Shown: positions 41,131-56,050, numbered from the stretch's first letter. The stretch is 64,000 bases of DNA from Eledone cirrhosa (GCA_964016885.1 OZ024740.1:334180001-334244000); one strand, 5' to 3'. The notes: a model not told the origin generated them from the letters alone. Numbers and translations are program-made.

Positions 41131-43739
41131 ATTGTCTATTTTCCTAAAGAATAATTGGCAGAAAAAACGTTGTGTGGGTTCTCTTACATTGTTTTATTCA
41201 GCGAATCATCTGTGCATGTTTAATACATGCTAAATCAGATTAAAAGTCTAAATTTGATATTATTACGTTTCCGCGTGTTAATCATGTAATAAATTAGATA
41301 AGGAGAGTCTACATATATGACATATATTAAATCCTGTAATGAAATAGGAACTTTAGGATGTCCTGCCCGCATATTTCCCCACAAAGAAATACTATTATAC
41401 TTTCAGTTTGCTCATCATGTACACATCCAATTTCAGTGGTTAAAACAGAGCACAAGAGTAATCGGTTAAAAATATGAAAAAATCAAATCAAAATAATGAA
41501 TGTATTTATGAATTTTTTCCGAAATCAACAAGTTATTTTTCACACGAGATATTCACATAAATCATCCATTAAACTTCACCTCGATAATTAAGCTGAATAT
41601 TGCAATTCTTGTAACATAAGAGCATATTATGGATGTACTGTAGATAATGCATTGAACAAGGTAATGCATAATCTATATTAAATTACAATTATTAAAAATG
41701 TTTCAAAATGTTTCATATGTTGAAGAATATATATTTAATTGATCAAACATGTCTCCCGTTGATTCTGTATGTAATTGAAGTGGTATTTATTGCAAAATAT
41801 TTTGTATGCAATAACAGGAATAACGATTCAACACTGAAAGCAGCCATGATTCATATTTGAGTTATCATTCTTTTTGATTAATGTGTGTAGTCAGTTAAAT
41901 TGGTCGGATAATGATCATGTGGATAGTCAAGAATTAGATACAAAATAATATGACAAAATATATGTATGGTGTTCGGCTGTGAAAATAATGGGAAAACAAT
42001 GCATGTTGCATACTCATAGTTTTGTAGAGACATCAGTTTAGAAGAGGTTGCCATCGTTATTTATAATGCTGCTTGAATAGAATTGTGATAATTGTAAAAA
42101 ATAACATTTTCTTGGCAATAATATATGTGTTGACAGCGCCAGATTTACTAGAAGATTTTCAATGATTTATTTATTTATTTTGTGTGTGTGGAAATATTTG
42201 ACACCTTGACAGCATAGACTAATGAACAAGCATGTGGATATTGTAATAATCAATTCGACAAGCTACATTAAAATAGTTTACGTGAGGCAAGTTTCCATGT
42301 GGTCAAACGAAATGCTAAATGAGTAGTTAGATTTCGCTCTTAGACGACAATATTTGATAATCTTTAACTCAGATACAAGGATATCATGTGGAACTCAATT
42401 CACAACTTTTATAATATTTTGAAGACATTGAACAATATATTGGAAAACTGTGAGGTCATAGTTTAAGCTTTTCAAAATACATGATGTTCTCTTCTTTCCG
42501 GGGAAGGCCTTCATAGCCACATATAACATTTGTGAAATAACAGCACGCAACAAAAGTAAACAATACTCGTACAATTAAAGTATAAACTCGAACAAAATCT
42601 TCCTCGAGACTTTAGACCTATTCGTAGTACCAGCTAAATTACCTAGATATCACTATTTTAGAAAACAAAAGATGGACTGGATAAATGTGTACTATATACA
42701 AATGTCTAAATATCCCCCACTGAGGAGTCCGTTTATGATAATATCATTAAATTACTTATATTATTCAATTATATGTAGCTACGCTTCAATCCGATAATAT
42801 TAGTCTACAATATCAGAGGCAAAATGTTCCACAATGAGTTAAAATGTAGCCTACAATTTCGTACGGAATCGTTCGGTAGAAAAACATGAGTTTTTACAAA
42901 AAAGAGATTTCTCTCCGATAAATTATTCTGGGTTAAACAGAAAACTTCTCCTCCATGCAGTATAAAATGTATTCAAATTGCTAAAGATTATATCTGTATA
43001 TATTATAATTTACTTTCAGCTGGTAATACTCTACCTTTAATTGCCATTAACTTATGAATATTTTCTCGTTTATTATTTTATCATAAGCATAAAACAATAT
43101 ACCTTATATATCACAATTTTTGCTATATTGAATTAAACACAATACAATATTCAATGTGCATACATCATCTCTAGCTTATAATTGTAAGGTAGACTTATAG
43201 TATTTAAACTGTACGTAAACTTCATAATTTTGTAAATTCCTAATTTTACAAATCAATAGTCATGTAGCTCGTGTACAACTCTGTTAGCAGAATCCACACA
43301 CGTAAATTACAATAGTTAACGCTATTTAACTCATTTGAATGTGCAGTCTATCATTAATATAAAATTCGATATCTAGACAATCTACATACGCAAAGGGCGA
43401 TAGGGCATTTCGCTATATGTATTCCTAATTTCATGTACAATGTCATTTATATTATGAAACCACTATTATCTAAAACACAAAGGTTTTTCAGAGATAGACT
43501 ATATTTCAGATTCATGCATAGTATGCGATAAAGATTAAAAAATGATCAGCTTGGTGGCAGTAGAGGTACCACTGAAACTTCAATCAGCCCATGTAGCTAT
43601 TTAATAACAGCTTGACGCATCCATCTGTCTTACACTTCATAATTCGAAGGCTTTCATAGGCACATAGTTTAAGGAATTATATTACACATTTGTTGTCCAA
43701 TTCACATGCAAAACCCTTTCAAACTTTCATCTCGATTTA

Positions 43740-43810
<71 letters not shown>

Positions 43811-44900
43811 AAAATTAAACGTAAACAAGAGAAAACGCTGCTTTACAATGAAGATACATATTATTTTAACACTTGGTATATTAGGCAGTCCATCATCAGT
43901 AAATAGAACATGAAAGAAAAAAAGAAATATAAAGTTAAAGGAAAGTGAGAAGAGAAAGAAACTGTAAAATTAAAATTTGGCGTCAAAGCAGGTGTGTTTT
44001 CAGTTAGATACACAACTGAAATTCACAGACACACGTATACAAACATACACATAGATCTTTATATGTATGCAAAAAGTAAATTAAAACAACAATGTAAACT
44101 AAACAGTACAATGAAAAATATATTAGATTAACACTTGATATAATTCAAGAACATTTACGTTTCAGACATTAGTCCTTCTCCAGATAGTAAAAAGAAATAA
44201 ATGATGAAATAGAATGATTGAGTATCATAAGACGAAGGAATGGAAACAAATGTTTCGAGACAGCGCATGTGTGTAATTAGTCAGTGTGTGTGTAATATGG
44301 CTGCAGCTTACCAATGGTGCATGACTTCTAAATCCTTCCTTACAAATGCTGCAGTGCCTCTCAGCGAAATTAACGAACACGCTCTAAGCATCGACAATCA
44401 ATTAATTACGACTGACTGCTATCGCATATATGACAACTTCCGAATTATGACACAAAAAAGCTGGTGTCATCTCATCGACGCGTGATACATTAATTTTGGA
44501 ACGGAAATTCTAATATACTGAAAGCCGTACACTCAAAACATTTAATTAATTTAAATTTCTATTCACGTTGCATCATGAAATCACGAAAAAAAAAAAAAAA
44601 AAATAATAATTTGAAGAAATTTTGAAGAAAAGAAGAAGACAATTGATGAAATTAAGTTTGAAAAATCTCGAAGTTAACCGAAATTTGTGTATGTATCCCC
44701 TCAATCGATATACTACAGCGAATGATATCCAGGTTTCATGTATTTTTGCACATCGTGGTCCATTTATTGCGCTATATTTTCTTAATAACACTTACACACT
44801 CATCTACAACAACAACAACAAAAACTCTTATCGACACGCCAACCTTTTCATATACTTATATTTGTAGACATACACGTATATACGCATATGTATGTATGTT

Positions 44901-44939
<39 letters not shown>

Positions 44940-45486
44940 ATAGGTGTATGGGGTGTGCGTGTGTATGTGTATTGTCAGGTCTCTTTCGGCCCTACTGGTA
45001 ACATGTAACTCAGTACAAATTGTGCATGATCGGGTCGTCGGCACCCCAACAAGCTTGCTTAGTGAGGAAGGTGATTTTCGTGACTCTGTGGGATGAAAAT
45101 CAAAACTTGTGAAAGCCTGCAGGAACTCAGTAGAGTCAACGGCCAACAATAACGTATTTTTTGTTCTTTTGCGGAGAGAGAACCTCATAGTCTTCATTAA
45201 CACATCTCTCTGGAATAAGTTCACTCTGGTATGAAACCTGCAACATCATTTGCATCCAATGTCTTTAATTCATATTTTTATTTATCGTGTCTATAGTCTG
45301 CCTTTCATAGGTTATAGATTCCATACACTGGTGGTTTTTTCCCCTGTTTTATTGATAGCGCACTGTATATCTTTCTCTGGTGTGATACCATTTCAACATA
45401 TTGTATTTTAAAGAGCTCAGGATTTATTCTCCTTTGAGCACATTATTTACAGGGATTAGCGAGGGCCTATGGGTCCGTTAATTTAT

Positions 45487-45525
<39 letters not shown>

Positions 45526-45681
45526 TAAGAGTAATTTCAACTTTGTCTACTTTACTCGTTTTATTTACAATCCTTTAACATTTATAATGGTATTATAATG
45601 AAATAGTATGATAGAATATTAAATGTTAAGTGTTAATTGAACAAGTACTTTCATGCTTTCGCAATCTTCAAGTTCATAATG

Positions 45682-45743
45682 TGTGGTGACAGTCAAGTTT
45701 GCAATTTTCACAGTTGAAAATTGCAAACTTGACTGTCACCACA
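45682..45743. repeat. Perfect 29 bp inverted repeat with 4 nt spacer, abutting (TA)n and the Penelope element
   Basis: TGTGGTGACAGTCAAGTTTGCAATTTTCA-CAGT-TGAAAATTGCAAACTTGACTGTCACCACA. Confidence 0.92.
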
Positions 45744-45797
45744 TATATATATATCAAAATGAAAATCCGAAGGCAAGCTAAAATTCCAATCATTTAA

Positions 45798-45871
45798 TCA
45801 CCACACATGTTTCAATAAGAGATAGATCGATTGTGAAGCCATGATCGATTATCACTGATTTCATCAGGTGA
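45798..45871 (-). ncRNA. Hammerhead motif in the inverted pLTR (cleavage site mutated in this copy)
   Basis: TCAC-CTGATGA-long stem II-GAAA-CATGTG-TG-GTGA; the right pLTR keeps GAAA-CATGCG-TC-GTGA. Confidence 0.7.
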
Positions 45872-45989
45872 AAATGAATTGACTTCAAATTCTTGATATG
45901 AGGGAGAAAAAAAAAACATAGAACAGACTGGAACTGAGACCCGACCCCAAAGGTACCGTGTTCCATCCGGAACCACCCAGATCGATAGC

Positions 45990-46420
45990 ATAAAATGTAA
46001 CTGCAGAAGCACCGCCACATGCCCTATGGCTGGGAAATGCCTTACCAAAAACATAGTCTACGACTGTAAGGTCTCCACTCCTGATAGAACCTTTAGGTAT
46101 GTTGGGGCAACTGCCACGGAATTTAAGGATAGATGGTATAATCAGCGCCATAACTTTAATAGATTAGATAAGAAAGATAGCACGGCACTTTCGGAATTAG
46201 TCTGAAAGATTAAACATCAAAATATAGAGCACTCCTTATCCTGGTCCATAGTTTGTTCAGCCCAACATTATAACGGCAGCACTGGCGTCTGCAATTTATG
46301 TATAGCGGAAACTTTTAATATTATTAGAGGCGGCCCCCTATTAATTAATAGAAGACAGATTTTTTCAGCAACTGTCAACATAGAACCTCGAAAACCTTCC
46401 GCAGGATTTTTGGAAGGTAA
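45990..46420 (+). pseudogene. Penelope-like GIY-YIG endonuclease domain, disrupted
   Basis: Hand translation KCNCRSTATCPMAGKCLTKNIVY..RYVGATATEFKDRWYN..STALSELV*..WSIV..CNLCIAE..LINRR..CQH. Confidence 0.85.
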
Positions 46421-47956
46421 CCTACCAATAACTCCTTCCTCTCTACTTTAGCTATAGAGTTCTCTCAATAAACGGACAGTCATACACTTAGGTAGTTAGA
46501 CGGCTAAGATTGTTTGCGCACTTGCAAACGATACTCGGCCTGTTTCCAAGGAGCTCTCACAGCTGAGTGCTCTCTTTTAGAATACCTAGCTAGTAAATAG
46601 TTAGATTGATTACACACTTAGTTAGGACCGATTACACTCTCTATACATAGCTCTACACACAGTACCCGCTTCCTTTAGACATTGAGCTCCCACATTTACG
46701 ACTGTCACGTTCCTACCGACTGAACATTACACCAGGTTTTGATGCGTGATCATCTAACCATGGAGGACTCACTGTTACGGATTGAACAATGATACTGACA
46801 CACCATTAATGGGCCTACACACATCCTTTGGATTTTACTGTCCTGTGTTTTCTTACTTCACCTTCTGTGTTGGATAACACACCTCCCCCACTCAAACAAC
46901 TATCGTAAAAGCTCATTGGCCCATGTGACGGGAAATTGCACTTGCGGGCGCATTTACCCAATACCCAACCCTACACGGAGCCCTTTGCCAGCTCACATTG
47001 CAGCTGCTTGCACGCACGGATTTGGTGACTCGGATTCTCAACTGGACAACGGTACACAAGGAGTTCGATATGAACTGATTGCTTGCTCTTCACATGGATG
47101 TGTATATACCCGGACATACCCACCTCCCATTTTTTTGAAACGATTCGGATATGTATATACCATATACCATAACACACACTTGAAGATATGGATGTTACAA
47201 TCGGATCTATACACGTATAGCAGAACACTGAACTGAACTTAATTGGGCGCACGCGCGCGCGCGTGTGTGTATGTGTGTAGCGTTGGTTAACCCAATATTT
47301 CCAATTTACATCGTCAAATTGATTTTTGACCGACATAGCTTCTGTTGCTTTGCGAACTAACTTTTGGTGAGTGCTGTGTTGGTACATTCTTATATTTATT
47401 TTTTCTGGACATCGCTTCGGTGTGTGTGAAAGTGTTTGTGTACCCACCCACGCTAATTCTACGGGTTTAATACTGTGTTGATATATGTATATATATGTAT
47501 ATGTTTGTCGTTGACCTCGACCCGATGTATGTGGGTGTGTAGTGTGTGTGTACCCACTCACTTTTAACTGTGACTGACTGTATCCCTACAGATTTGATTG
47601 ATATCCAGCGTCTTTTGCAGCGATAGAAATCTGAAAACTTTTATGACCTCAACTAAAGCTAATAGTAGTCGCCATGTCTCTGACTGACTGGTGTGTCTCC
47701 ATATGAGGGAATGAATTCTGTGAGAGAACATCGTTTTTTTCTCCCTCATCTCTTATTGAAACATGCGTCGTGATTAAATGATTGGAATTTTACCTTGCCT
47801 TCGGATTTTCATTTTGATACTTATACTCCGTTTTACATCATCTAGCTGTTCCCCCGAATGGAATTGGAGATATACAAAAGTGTGGAGAACTTAATATTGC
47901 TAACATAAAGTTATTGGACCATTTTACACAATCAATAATGCACCTTACTATATAAC

Positions 47957-47994
<38 letters not shown>

Positions 47995-47995
47995 C

Positions 47996-48686
47996 GCTTG
48001 AAACTAGTACATCGTTCCTGTGTCAGTGTTGAACAAAAGGTGACGTGGTTGCCTAAACACTGTACGGCGTAATTCGCGCTGTTTGTTTGTTTACAAACAA
48101 ACAAACCGAGCATTATAATAAATGTTCGGTAAACCGATACGTGCATATATATATATGTGTGCATGTATGTATATATATACATACTACTGTACGTCTGTAC
48201 ACATATATGTATGTACGTATACATACATACATACATACTTACATTTAAGTAAGTGTCATACTAAGAGTGAGAAATGAAATTTCGTTTCATTCTATTCCAT
48301 TTATCGTTTTCGGTGTGCCCGGCCGACTGAACTCACTCGATATGCAAATTAGGCTGCTCAGCCGTTAATATGCATAAGGAAAGTATATAATTTCAGACGT
48401 TCAACCATCTGGCAGGAAGGTATACGATGCTTACGATAGCTAATAAGCTTGAAACTAGTACATCGTTCCTGTGTCAGTGTTGAACAAAAAGGTGACGTGG
48501 TTGCCTAAACACTGTACGGCGCCATTCGGGCTGTTTGTTTACAAACAAACAAACCGGGCATTATAATAAATGTTCGGTAGACCGATACGTGCATATATAT
48601 ATATATGTGTGCATGTATGTATATATATAAATACTACTGTACGTCTGTATACATATATGTATGTACGTATACATACATACATACTT

Positions 48687-48688
<2 letters not shown>
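47996..48688. repeat. Direct repeat of about 245 bp (47996-48243 and 48447-48688)
   Basis: GCTTGAAACTAGTACATCGTTCCTGTGTCAGTGTTGAACAAAA through CATACATACTTACA occurs twice. Confidence 0.9.
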
Positions 48689-48771
<83 letters not shown>

Positions 48772-50929
48772 CATACATATATATGTGTGTGTGTGTTACG
48801 ATAAAATCGTATTTGCAGAATGATTATTGTAAACACAAGTGAAAGAACTGCTTACCAAATTTGTCTTTTCAACGTACTAAATAGATTCCTGTGATATAAT
48901 TTCCAATTGTTAAATCCTCGAGTTTGGTACAGGTTAAAAAAATTGACCGAGGAAATTAATATGAATTATTACATTAGGAAAAACAGGCAAGGATTGGGGA
49001 GAAATTTGAAGATAGATTTATTTAATTATATAATCCAACAGGTGTTTCTTCATTGATTGCATACTCATCAACGAGAGCTGGATAGGTACATGTTTTTATC
49101 CCCCCACAGGTAATGTCTGTCGTCGATGAATTTTCAGAGAAAATAATAATGAAAGAATTAATTAGGCTACCTAAAATAAAAACATCTTGGAACTAAGCCT
49201 GCATTAGAAACAGTGAATCCGGTCGAAATAAACCAATCCTTTAATGTTTAAAATGAGGATAAAAAATCAGATCATTGTAATAATCTAATAACCGAAATCA
49301 AATAATCTTACTGAGGTAAGTAAGAGAATTAATGATCAAATAAAACTGAACAAAATGGAAAAAATGACACAAAACGAGACCCTTTTTCAACCGCCACCTA
49401 TCTTAATAATTATATTAGAGAAATGCTCAGAGATCGTAACCAACTGTTATTAGATCACTAAATAAATAATAATTAAAAACCAACAATTAAAATTAATTAA
49501 CACAACAATGAAAATATATTACAATGATATAGCTAATTAATAAACAATAAGTTAGACTAATCAAAGAAAGAATAACAACGTATAGAAATTGAAACAAAAT
49601 TAAACAAGATAAAGACAAATTGCATGATAATTAAAGATGGTAAGACCAGAATATTCCGCAAATATATTTCGCATAAGCAAGTATCTCAAAAATGCCTCAC
49701 ATCCTGTCACTCCAGCAAGCACATTTCAAAGAACTATCCACACCTGTCCAGAAGATTTTTCAGGAAACGTGTTGCACTAAAGATTCTGTTCACGACATAT
49801 ACCAGCATGCCGTTGACCGACTGTTTCACTACCACAAGCCATCATCTCCCTTTCATTCCTAAGCGCTTCACATATCACACACAAAACCGAGCTATATCGA
49901 CATTTCAACATGCCATAAGATAAGATGTGTTTATCTAGCGAAACATTCCCCTTACACCCTACCACACAACTAAATTACAGCTAAGCAGATAAATGCACGC
50001 AGTCACAGACACACTCAGACATGCTCAGGCTCTCTCACAGACATATATATATATAGTAATAATAATAAATTTGAAGACTACAATCCAAAGAGGGCTCGAT
50101 AAGGATACATATATATCAAATATATAAGAACCGTAGAGCAAATATTTATATATATATATATATATACATATATAATAAGGATTGACAGACCCAGCATATT
50201 TATCAATGCCAGTACCGGTTGTATCTCAGCGCACTCCATGGGCAATGTAAGATACATTCCCAGAGTATACACAAAGTTATTTGCTTCAACACAACACACG
50301 TAAAACGGGTGCATATAAGGTTCCCGGTCTCGATTTTCTGCCGCACTCACGCAGCAGTAAGGTGCACTCCACCATCTGTCTGCATATATTATGCAACAGT
50401 GTACAATCGGCTTATGCGTCTTCCTCAGCGGGTATCGCCTAATCAATAACCAATCGATCGACAGAATCCTACGACCAGTCTATGCCGGCCATGACTGTTT
50501 GTGACGGCTGACACGGTAAATGTATTAACAACTGGCATCCGATAGGACTCTATCTCTCAAATACCCACTGATTTAAAATGTTACGTGGGGACGGGAAATT
50601 AAAAGGATCATCTTTTCGTTCCTGTCTGAAGCACTCAGCCAACGAGACTCACATACAAATTATCAAGGGGTGAAAAGATGGCCATTAGAAATAGCAGTTC
50701 ACATTGATATAAAATAGAATGGTAACATTCGGTTCATGTCTCGAAGCCCCATGGCTAGAGGAAAGCGATTGTAACAATGGTAGTGCCAAGAACATTTAAC
50801 GGACTTTAAATGCAATCATCCATTATATAGCAATATAGTAGCGAGCTGAAATGTGTCAGCCGCGTGCGTAGATAACCAGTCTATTTCACAACTTTAAAGA
50901 GTGAGAGACAAAATTAATACATGTATTAA

Positions 50930-51970
50930 TCTATCTAAGGCGGGTAAAATTCCCGAGATCCATGGACGAGTTCTCTCCAGCGGTCTCTGTCCCTCATTAT
51001 CGCTGCCATATCCTGCATCTCCAACAGACCAGTGTCTGTCCTTAGGGCCTCAACATATGTTAACCTTGGTCTTCCTCTTCTAGTGTGTCCATGTAGGGGC
51101 TCCCAAAGGAGCACTGAGTGCAATGTCAACTCTGGATGTCGGTGAGCATGTCCAGCCAACCTCAGTCTCCTCTGTGTCACTTTTGAGCTGACTTTTGGGA
51201 TGCTCCCATACAGCTCTGAGTTTTTCATCCTCAGTGTATACTGATTAATGTTCAGAGCCATCCTCAGCATTCTCGTGTAGCACCCATCCACCAAGAGGAT
51301 AGTGGACCTGATATCACTGCTCTACACCAACACCAAAGCCCAAGTCATTACACCTGATGGGATGACATAGTTCTTTGAGATACTGGCTGGAGTGCTCCAG
51401 GGAGATACATTTGCTCCCTACCTTTTTATCATCGTAGTGGACTATTGTATGCGCCTTGCACTGGAGAAACACCAGGACTCTGGCTTTACTGTGGCACCGG
51501 CTCAGAGCAGGAGAGTTGGCGCGAAAAAGGTATCGGATGCTGAATTTGCCGATGACATAGTTTTGGTGACAAATACAGTGAAGGAGGCAGAGGATTTGAT
51601 GCGGGAGGTTGAGACTGTGTCGATGAGTGTGGGGCTGAGAATGAATGAGACTAAAACAAAATATCTGGTAGAGAATGTTGAGAAGCCAGAGGGGATCACT
51701 AATGTAGGCGGGAAGCCTCTGGAATTGGTTGAGGACTTCCTGTTTTTGGGAGCAAAGATTGGGAATACGGAAGATGATGTGGTTGAGAGGAAGAGCAAGG
51801 CCTGGGCGGCGTGTCACAGCTTGAGATCGGTGTGGAAGTCGGACCTTCGTAGAGACCTGAAAATCCGCCTCTTCATTGCTGTAGTGGAGTCTGTGCTGCT
51901 GTATGGGTCTGAGACTTGGACACTGACCAAGAGACTCACTCAGATGGTGGATGGGTGCTACACGAGAATG
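50930..51970 (-). mobile_element. RTE-clade LINE, 5'-truncated with internal inversion
   Basis: + piece 51294-51970: LQGDTFAPYLF, FADD, LLYGSETW, ends MVDGCYTRM; - piece 50935-51293 restarts at VDGCYTRMLR..RRLRLAGH..RGRP. Confidence 0.9.
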
Positions 51971-52203
51971 TATATATATATATATGTAAAAAGTAAACAG
52001 AAATAACAACACGATCGGTACAGTATATGGAAGGGATATATTAGGTTAACACTTGATATAGCAGGAAGAGGGTCTTAACGTTATAGATGTTCGTCCTTCA
52101 TCCGAAGAAAGAATAAGAAATAAGATATATTGAGGGGACGGGCGGGTTGGAATTTGAAAAAATGTCTTCATATAAAACTAACAGGTCCTTTCATGTGTAC
52201 ATC

Positions 52204-52368
<165 letters not shown>

Positions 52369-52490
52369 CAGTGCCGGGTTCAAACGCGGGTAATCATAGT
52401 AAGTTAGTCAATACATTAGTAGTATGTAGACATGTTCAATATAGAAATGGTTTCTACAAGACAGGAAATCACCAATAAACCATTGATGTA

Positions 52491-52565
52491 CGCTTTCCTG
52501 AAGAGTTCTTTTGAATGAAACATAGCTGGTCCATAACGATTATCACCGAAATATATATAACAGCG
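52491..52565 (+). ncRNA. Degenerate hammerhead motif (family H1 relative)
   Basis: CGCTTTC-CTGAAGA-..TCACC-GAAA-TATATA-TA-ACAGCG. Confidence 0.55.
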
Positions 52566-54101
52566 ACTATGATTAGACGAAGTTATCTTAAAACTTTTTA
52601 CCGATACTTCATATATACAAATATAAAGCGGTGTAAACAGATCGACCTACGCAATTCGCCTATATATATAATGTCTCTCTGAATACAAGCGTGCTTTTAC
52701 ACAACAAAAAATTATGTTCCTTTCTCTTGCCATTCTGTTATTTTGTATGATCTTTTATTTTCCATTCTATTTTCTGGTAATAGACTAGTGTCCGAAAAGT
52801 ATAAACTGTTTTGATACTATATTAATCATCAAAAAACTAATATATATGTTCATTGAACTCTGTTTTTGCTTAGTAGTTTCCATTTCAGTTTGGCATACAC
52901 ACACGCGCACACACACACGCACACCACACACACACATATATATATATAGATACACGCACGCACACACAAACACGCACATATATATATAGAGAGATATATA
53001 CCATTCACTATTTTCTGTGTATATGTGTATACATATGTATGTGTGTATATATGTATGCTTTAATTCCTTTAAATCTTCATCAAAACTCCTTCCCTCACAC
53101 GCTCATTAACGCCCCCCCCCCCCCCCCAATCTCTCTTATATATAGAGTCACACATCACGACACAACCTGATCTCAGTTTGACAATCGCCACAGACGAATG
53201 CGAGAAATTTCTCCTGGAAAGTTAACCAGGAATCTTTAAAAATCTTCCCACCGTAGTTAACAAAGAACTTACTTGATCTACAAAACTAAATTGTAAAATT
53301 ATAATATTATAAAATTAAATCAAATTGTTTAGAACAAGTGAAGTCATTCTTTTCCTTTTCTTTTTCAAATATATATATAACGAATGTGAAAGAAAGGCAG
53401 GAAATTAAATGGGAATTAATATATATTATGATTTCTGACCACCAACTATCAATGCGGAAGTATCATTATGTTTTACAACATCCTGCTAACATTATTTATC
53501 ATATAATAACTCCATATAAGAGTACCATAAAAAGTCTACTATATGGAAATAATTTTATAATTCACTCAAAAAAGGCGCGATTGCAGTGAATTACTTGCTT
53601 CGATTAACCAAAAATAACTAAAATGTTAATTAATTCATTGCTTTCAATAGATGCCATGTGAGGTCAACTGCTGACTAAAGATCGTGTGATACTATTCACG
53701 TAACACACTCAGCTTTATAGTTACTTGGAATTTTATAAATTATTTAATAGCAGCTTACAGGGATTCATTTCTGTTAATGGAGAGAGTGTCATCAATTTAA
53801 ATTGTATGAAATGTATAAAACGCATGGTATATCTTCAGGCAAGATACCGATTTTAAGCGAAACAATTATTAAAATAAACAATATGAAGGAGGTATCCTTT
53901 ATGTGCATCCAATATCTTCGTTTTATGATAGAAAGAACAAAGTTCTCTATGATGCATCAAACGATAATTTGGTTAAATAAACAAAATCAGATTTATGCCG
54001 CCAGGATTTCCGTTTTTACAACGTAAACAGTTCAAATATGACGTAACGTGACCGAATGGTAAAATAACTGTCACAAATACAGATACACATACACATGCAT
54101 T

Positions 54102-54156
<55 letters not shown>

Positions 54157-54221
54157 AATATATATAAATATATACACATATAATATATACATATATATAA
54201 TATATATACACATATAATATA

Positions 54222-54320
<99 letters not shown>

Positions 54321-54833
54321 GTATTATATATATATACACACATATGTATATATATATATATATATTATAGATACATACATTCATACATACACAGACAGAT
54401 AGAGGGAACGCAGGAAAATGAGTGACTGAAAATGAAAAACACATAAGATAGAGAGACAGAGAGAGAAAATAAAATCGAATTTTCACATCACTTAAGTTTT
54501 ACATTCACAATTTATTAGTATTTTTTCCTTTACTGTTAGTGTTATTTTTTACACAGTAGTTTGATTTGCCAGGAGCGAATACAAGAGTCGTATTGATTTC
54601 TAGTAATTTCAATATTACAGTGAACCCCAATGTAAATATTGTAGCTATTATATATTAGAAAGGCGTCTACTGGCTACTCATGAAAGAAATGTAAACTGAA
54701 AGTTAAAAGTCAAATAGGATACATCGTACGTATGAAAATACACACTAATATACAAATAGACGTTTGTGTATATATGTGTATATATATATATGTATTTATA
54801 TGAGCATATACATACATGTGAGTATATACATAC

Positions 54834-54938
<105 letters not shown>

Positions 54939-55711
54939 CATACACACACTCACATATATATATGTATGTGAGTGTGTGTGTGTGTGGTGTATATATATAT
55001 ATATAATTACTATCGTGCACATATATTTGTATATATTAATTTATTTATTTTGTTAGTATTGTCTGGTCTCTTGCATTTTACTGCTAATTTGAGTGTAACC
55101 CCCATCTTCAAATGGTTTCACATTTTAGGCACTATACTATTCAATAACATTCAGGAAATATAAGCGGAATGCTTGTAATATGTAGTTTAGTAAATAGCTG
55201 AATTCTTAAAATCAGTTGTCTGCTTATTACCATGATAATTGCTTACATGTTGAGGAGAACATATATTACTTAAGTATGCTTAGACGTATGTCATAATGAT
55301 AGCTTTAGTATAAATAAAAATAAACGGATTTATATTACATCTACCCAGTACTGTCAATGTTTAGAGACCAGTTTTCTGTGGCATATTTTGAGATTGGAAT
55401 GTATGGGGCCTTGTACCATTTATTTTCATAGACTTGCTGTTAAAAATAATGTTTCATTGTATTCCAAATAATATATTGTGATCCATATTGTTCAATGTAT
55501 GATATATTTCGTACTATAGTCCAACGAACTCGTTCTCTCTAGCGCTTTTCTACTTGGGGTCTTCAAAATCCCTCTCTAGGAGACAAGGTTTGCTATTCTT
55601 TTCATTTACATTCTTTCCGATTTTATGAGCTTCATATTTTCTATTCCTACTCTATTTCTAAGCCGGTGTGTGACGGTGTTTATTAAATAACAAACATACA
55701 CATACATCGAC

Positions 55712-56050
55712 CTAGGGTAAGGGTAAAGGTAGAGACCACCTTCGGTCACGAACGACCATGAGATCTGCACCTAAAAAGCTTCCCCCCGAGGCACAAGTCA
55801 GGGGAAGATTGTTTGAGGTAGACCTGCAGTCGCCCATGCCTATCAGCCTCTCCTCTTCACGCCACTGATGATGTCTAACGGAAAGGCAAGCGCCGATATA
55901 GCTTCACCAGTAGAGTTACAACACATTTCTCCAGCTGAGTAGACTGGAGCAGCGTGAAATCATGTCTTGCTCAAGGACAAAACGCATCAGCCTGGCCGAG
56001 AATCGAACTCACAATCTTCCTTCCGATTGCAAGCATAGTGCTCTACAACC
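55712..56050 (-). mobile_element. tRNA-derived SINE with CORE-like domain (family S2)
   Basis: - strand B box GAGTTCGATTCTC, TGTCCTTGAGCAAGAC core, tail of CCTTTA/CCCTTA repeats. Confidence 0.7.

Larger units (their letters stand above)
45752..47819 (+). mobile_element. Penelope-like element (Neptune-like), 5'-truncated, with inverted pseudo-LTR
   Basis: GIY-YIG remnant; terminal inverted repeats about 45752-45920 and 47730-47819 (right copy internally deleted); hammerhead in the repeat. Confidence 0.85.

Noticed and set aside
49030-49140. Possible minus-strand Penelope ORF end with TTGATGA..GAAAC motif
   Set aside because: Only a few residues and a broken core; not supportable without a profile search
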